A stretch of 64,000 nucleotides of DNA from a bacterium. GTDB lineage: Bacteria > Zixibacteria > MSB-5A5 > GN15 > FEB-12. Made by a program: the position numbers and the translations under genes. The DNA is taken from NCBI GenBank assembly GCA_043811375.1, contig JBDRNJ010000014.1, positions 32,001-96,000 of the forward strand, in the 5' to 3' direction. Below the pieces are notes generated by a model, which was not told the DNA's origin, made no database searches, and saw nothing but the letters and a program-made list of their open reading frames with translations. Positions 61,464-64,000 of the stretch are shown one piece after another (position 1 is the first letter of the stretch; each line of letters begins with the position of its first letter).

Positions 61464-62426
61464 TCAGAACCGGTAGCCGGCGCTGACGCGGTACGTTTCA
61501 TTGAGGGCGCTGTGGTGCAGGTAGGCGAAGTCAATCGTGACACTACTGACATCTAACCCGCCACCGGCAGTGAAGCGGCCGATATCAAACCCCACCCGAC
61601 CGAACGCCATCTCCCTATAACCGAGCTCCCAGCCGAAGTGAGTGTCCAGCGATGTCGAACCGCTCCAGTACTGTGAGGCGGTACGCAGGTTCTCAAACTT
61701 GATCTCACCGCTGGTCAGGAAGCGGCCGGTGAAATCGGAGTACGTGTACTCTGCCATCAGAGCCGGTCTGATAGTGGGATAGATCGTTTCATAGTTGGCG
61801 CCGTCATCGAACGTCTGGCCGGAATAACGAATGAAACCGGAAGTTATATCGGTGACCATCAACCCCAGATTGAAGTACTCGTGCGCCTGGTACAGCAGCC
61901 CGGCATCGACCGTCAGCCCGTAGCCTTTTTCGGTGCCTATATCGCGATAGATGATCCTGGTCGTCAGTCCAAAATCGACGCTCTGGCCGATCCTGCCGGA
62001 GATGGCTGCCGCCAGCAGGTAGTCGCCGTGCGACACCTCGCGTACGACAAACGGCCGCCCGGTTGCCAGCGTGTCGGTGATCTTGATACCGCCCCCGCCC
62101 AGGTAGTAGAGATAGAATCCAAAGGCACGGATAAGTGAGCGGTCATCGGGCCGGGCGTCGATATATGACAGGTAGTCATGGTTGAGCAGGGAACCGAATG
62201 TCTCGGCGTGCATGAACACGGCGTAACGTCCCTTGAGACGGTTCATACCGGCGGGATTCCAGTAGGCGGTGGTAGCGTCGAACGGCCCGGCTATCACTGC
62301 TCCGCCCAACGCCAGCGCTCTCCCCCCGACACCGAGCGAGAAGGCATCTCCGGCATACTTGGCCGCCCGGCCATCGACGGCGCCGATCACGAGTACCGTA
62401 ACTATGTATAGCAGCAGTTTCCGCAT
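61464..62426 (-). CDS. PorV/UPF0164-like outer-membrane beta-barrel
   Basis: LGVGGRALALGGA, AYWNPAG, C-terminal GYRF. Confidence 0.8.
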   Translation of the reverse strand: MRKLLLYIVTVLVIGAVDGRAAKYAGDAFSLGVGGRALALGGAVIAGPFDATTAYWNPAGMNRLKGRYAVFMHAETFGSLLNHDYLSYIDARPDDRSLIRAFGFYLYYLGGGGIKITDTLATGRPFVVREVSHGDYLLAAAISGRIGQSVDFGLTTRIIYRDIGTEKGYGLTVDAGLLYQAHEYFNLGLMVTDITSGFIRYSGQTFDDGANYETIYPTIRPALMAEYTYSDFTGRFLTSGEIKFENLRTASQYWSGSTSLDTHFGWELGYREMAFGRVGFDIGRFTAGGGLDVSSVTIDFAYLHHSALNETYRVSAGYRF

Positions 62427-62488
62427 AATCGCAATTTAGCAATGCTCAGATTCAAAACACAGTACTTTCAGACCGGTTCCCACCCAGT

Positions 62489-62516
62489 AAAAAAAGCGGG
62501 ACCAAAATCCCGCTTT
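62489..62516 (-). terminator. Intrinsic terminator of the HMA gene
   Basis: Minus strand GCGGGA-TTTTGG-TCCCGC followed by T7. Confidence 0.75.
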
Positions 62517-62545
62517 CTGATTTGACTTGATGAGGTGCGGTCTCT

Positions 62546-63142
62546 TTAGTGGGGACCGTCGCTCTTGGTTTCAGTTTTGGCTTTGCTGGTCTTGGCGCAA
62601 CCCAGCTTGCCACCAAGCGGGCAGCACCTCTTGATTTCTCCACCGGTAGCCACAGCCGGGGACACCTCTGCCTGGTAACCCTTGTTGGTAATGACCGCAG
62701 CCAGAGCGGAACTGCTGGTTTTGGCCGCATCATAGCAGACCTCCGCCACACCCGCCATATGGTTGACGTCAATAACCTTGTAAACACCATCTACCTCGGT
62801 CAGGGCCGCCTTGATGGTGTTCTCACAACCACCACAGGTCATCCCGTTGACTGAAAAAGTAGTAAACTCACATTTGCTGTCCTTGCCACATAGCTTGGCG
62901 CATTCTTCAGGGGTCAAATGGCCGTCCTTGCCGCACAGCTTGGCGCACTGCTCAGGAGTCATCTTGCAGCCGGCCTTCATAGCACCGGGGCAACCGGCAC
63001 TGGCAGTTACGACTTTGGCGTCAGTAGAAGCTGTCGCCTTGTCTACCGCCTTGTGGCCGGAACACTGGCCGGCAAACAAGTTACCGGCAGTAAACATGCC
63101 CATCAGCAAAACGGCCAGGGTTAAGATCATGATCTTTCTCAC
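62546..63142 (-). CDS. Exported Cys-rich heavy-metal-associated (HMA) protein
   Basis: Signal peptide; GMTCGGC; TPE(Q/E)CAKLCGKD twice. Confidence 0.88.
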   Translation of the reverse strand: MRKIMILTLAVLLMGMFTAGNLFAGQCSGHKAVDKATASTDAKVVTASAGCPGAMKAGCKMTPEQCAKLCGKDGHLTPEECAKLCGKDSKCEFTTFSVNGMTCGGCENTIKAALTEVDGVYKVIDVNHMAGVAEVCYDAAKTSSSALAAVITNKGYQAEVSPAVATGGEIKRCCPLGGKLGCAKTSKAKTETKSDGPH

Positions 63143-63500
63143 AGGTGTTCTCCTTCGTGTTGTATTATCAAGTTGTAATCTTTGTCATATTCGTACAGGT
63201 ACTTCCCAAATATAAGCCGGACTCGGCCCCGAGTCAACTGTTCTGTTGAGTATGAAGAGCCATATTGTCCAATATAGTCGGTAACACCATGCATCTTAAA
63301 CATTTGAGAAGCAAACTTAGTTTCAAAAAAAATGGCTATGACAACGCTCAAAAAATAGTAACCCGCGAGAAATAGGGTACTGGGGTGTAAGCTATGGCAA
63401 CATAGTAAGATATGGGAGTTGAGCAAAATCCGCTTGCCCGCACCTGAGTATTTAGCGATAGATAGAAACCAGTGAAGGCACCAAAGAGGATGACTGATCG

Positions 63501-63920
63501 ATGAAGATTCTGGTAATATGCACCGGCAATTCCTGCCGCTCACAGATAGCTGAGGGGTTTTTCCGCAAGTTTGGTGGCGATAAGCTGGAAGTGACCTCGG
63601 CCGGACTGTATCCCCAGGGAGTCCACCCGGACGCCATCTCAGTTATGAATGAGGTCGGGATTGATATTTCCGGTCAGGATTCCAATCAGGTCAATGATCT
63701 TGTTGACCGGAGCTTCGACTATGTCATTACCGTCTGCAACCATGCCGCCGCGCACTGCCCGACCTTTCCCGGTGGCGGCACCCGTCTGCACTGGCCGTTT
63801 GACAACCCGACCTCTGACAGTCCCGACGAAGACCCCGCCGCCCGTTTCCGCCGTGTGCGCGACGAGATCGGCCGGCAGGTCAAACGGTGGTTGCGGGAGG
63901 TGGGGGGGTCAGGCAGTTGA
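63501..63920 (+). CDS. arsC: Arsenate reductase, LMW-PTP/thioredoxin type
   Basis: CTGNSCRSQ, TVC...CP, HWPFDNP, FRRVRDEI. Confidence 0.9.
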   Translation: MKILVICTGNSCRSQIAEGFFRKFGGDKLEVTSAGLYPQGVHPDAISVMNEVGIDISGQDSNQVNDLVDRSFDYVITVCNHAAAHCPTFPGGGTRLHWPFDNPTSDSPDEDPAARFRRVRDEIGRQVKRWLREVGGSGS

Positions 63921-64000
63921 ACTGACTTCCATCGGTTTTTTTGGGGCGAAGCGGCGTCGAATAGCCATCACCAGAAACGAAAAGAAGAGACCGGTCAGGA

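Noticed and set aside
63139..63543. 134-aa minus-strand ORF
   Set aside because: Overlaps arsC, spans an AT-rich divergent promoter region and has no protein-like features

Overview
A gene-dense, mostly core-genome bacterial segment. Gene content (PorV-like barrel, DUF4295/DUF4296/DUF3098-like proteins, group II GGGP synthase, O-antigen ligase) points to a diderm FCB-type lineage, possibly Zixibacteria-like; this is inference only. It carries ffh-rpsP-khpA-rimM-trmD-rplS, rsmD, rnhB-yraN, ispG, a sensor kinase/sigma-54 activator pair with a likely target operon, rarA, recX-alaS-GGGPS-gmhA-O-antigen ligase, an orphan MCP, tmk-ctpA-HAD-NDP-sugar pyrophosphorylase, ino1, metK-ahcY, an ECF-sigma envelope cluster, a PlpD-like patatin-Omp85, a Cys-rich HMA protein and arsC. 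I saw no tRNA, rRNA, CRISPR array, integrase or transposase, but intergenic spaces are rich in REP/MITE-like palindromes. Most notable: (1) an envelope-proteolysis locus with an HtrA plus a triad-less HtrA paralogue facing a beta-barrel-SppA fusion; (2) a sigma-54 cassette bracketed by two 91-bp repeats with compensatory base changes; (3) an apparent ATT start codon for alaS; (4) a missed 56-aa bL38/DUF4295-like ORF ending an uncharacterised DUF4388 operon; (5) an archaeal-type ether-lipid enzyme coupled to LPS genes. All family calls come from motif recognition, not database searches.
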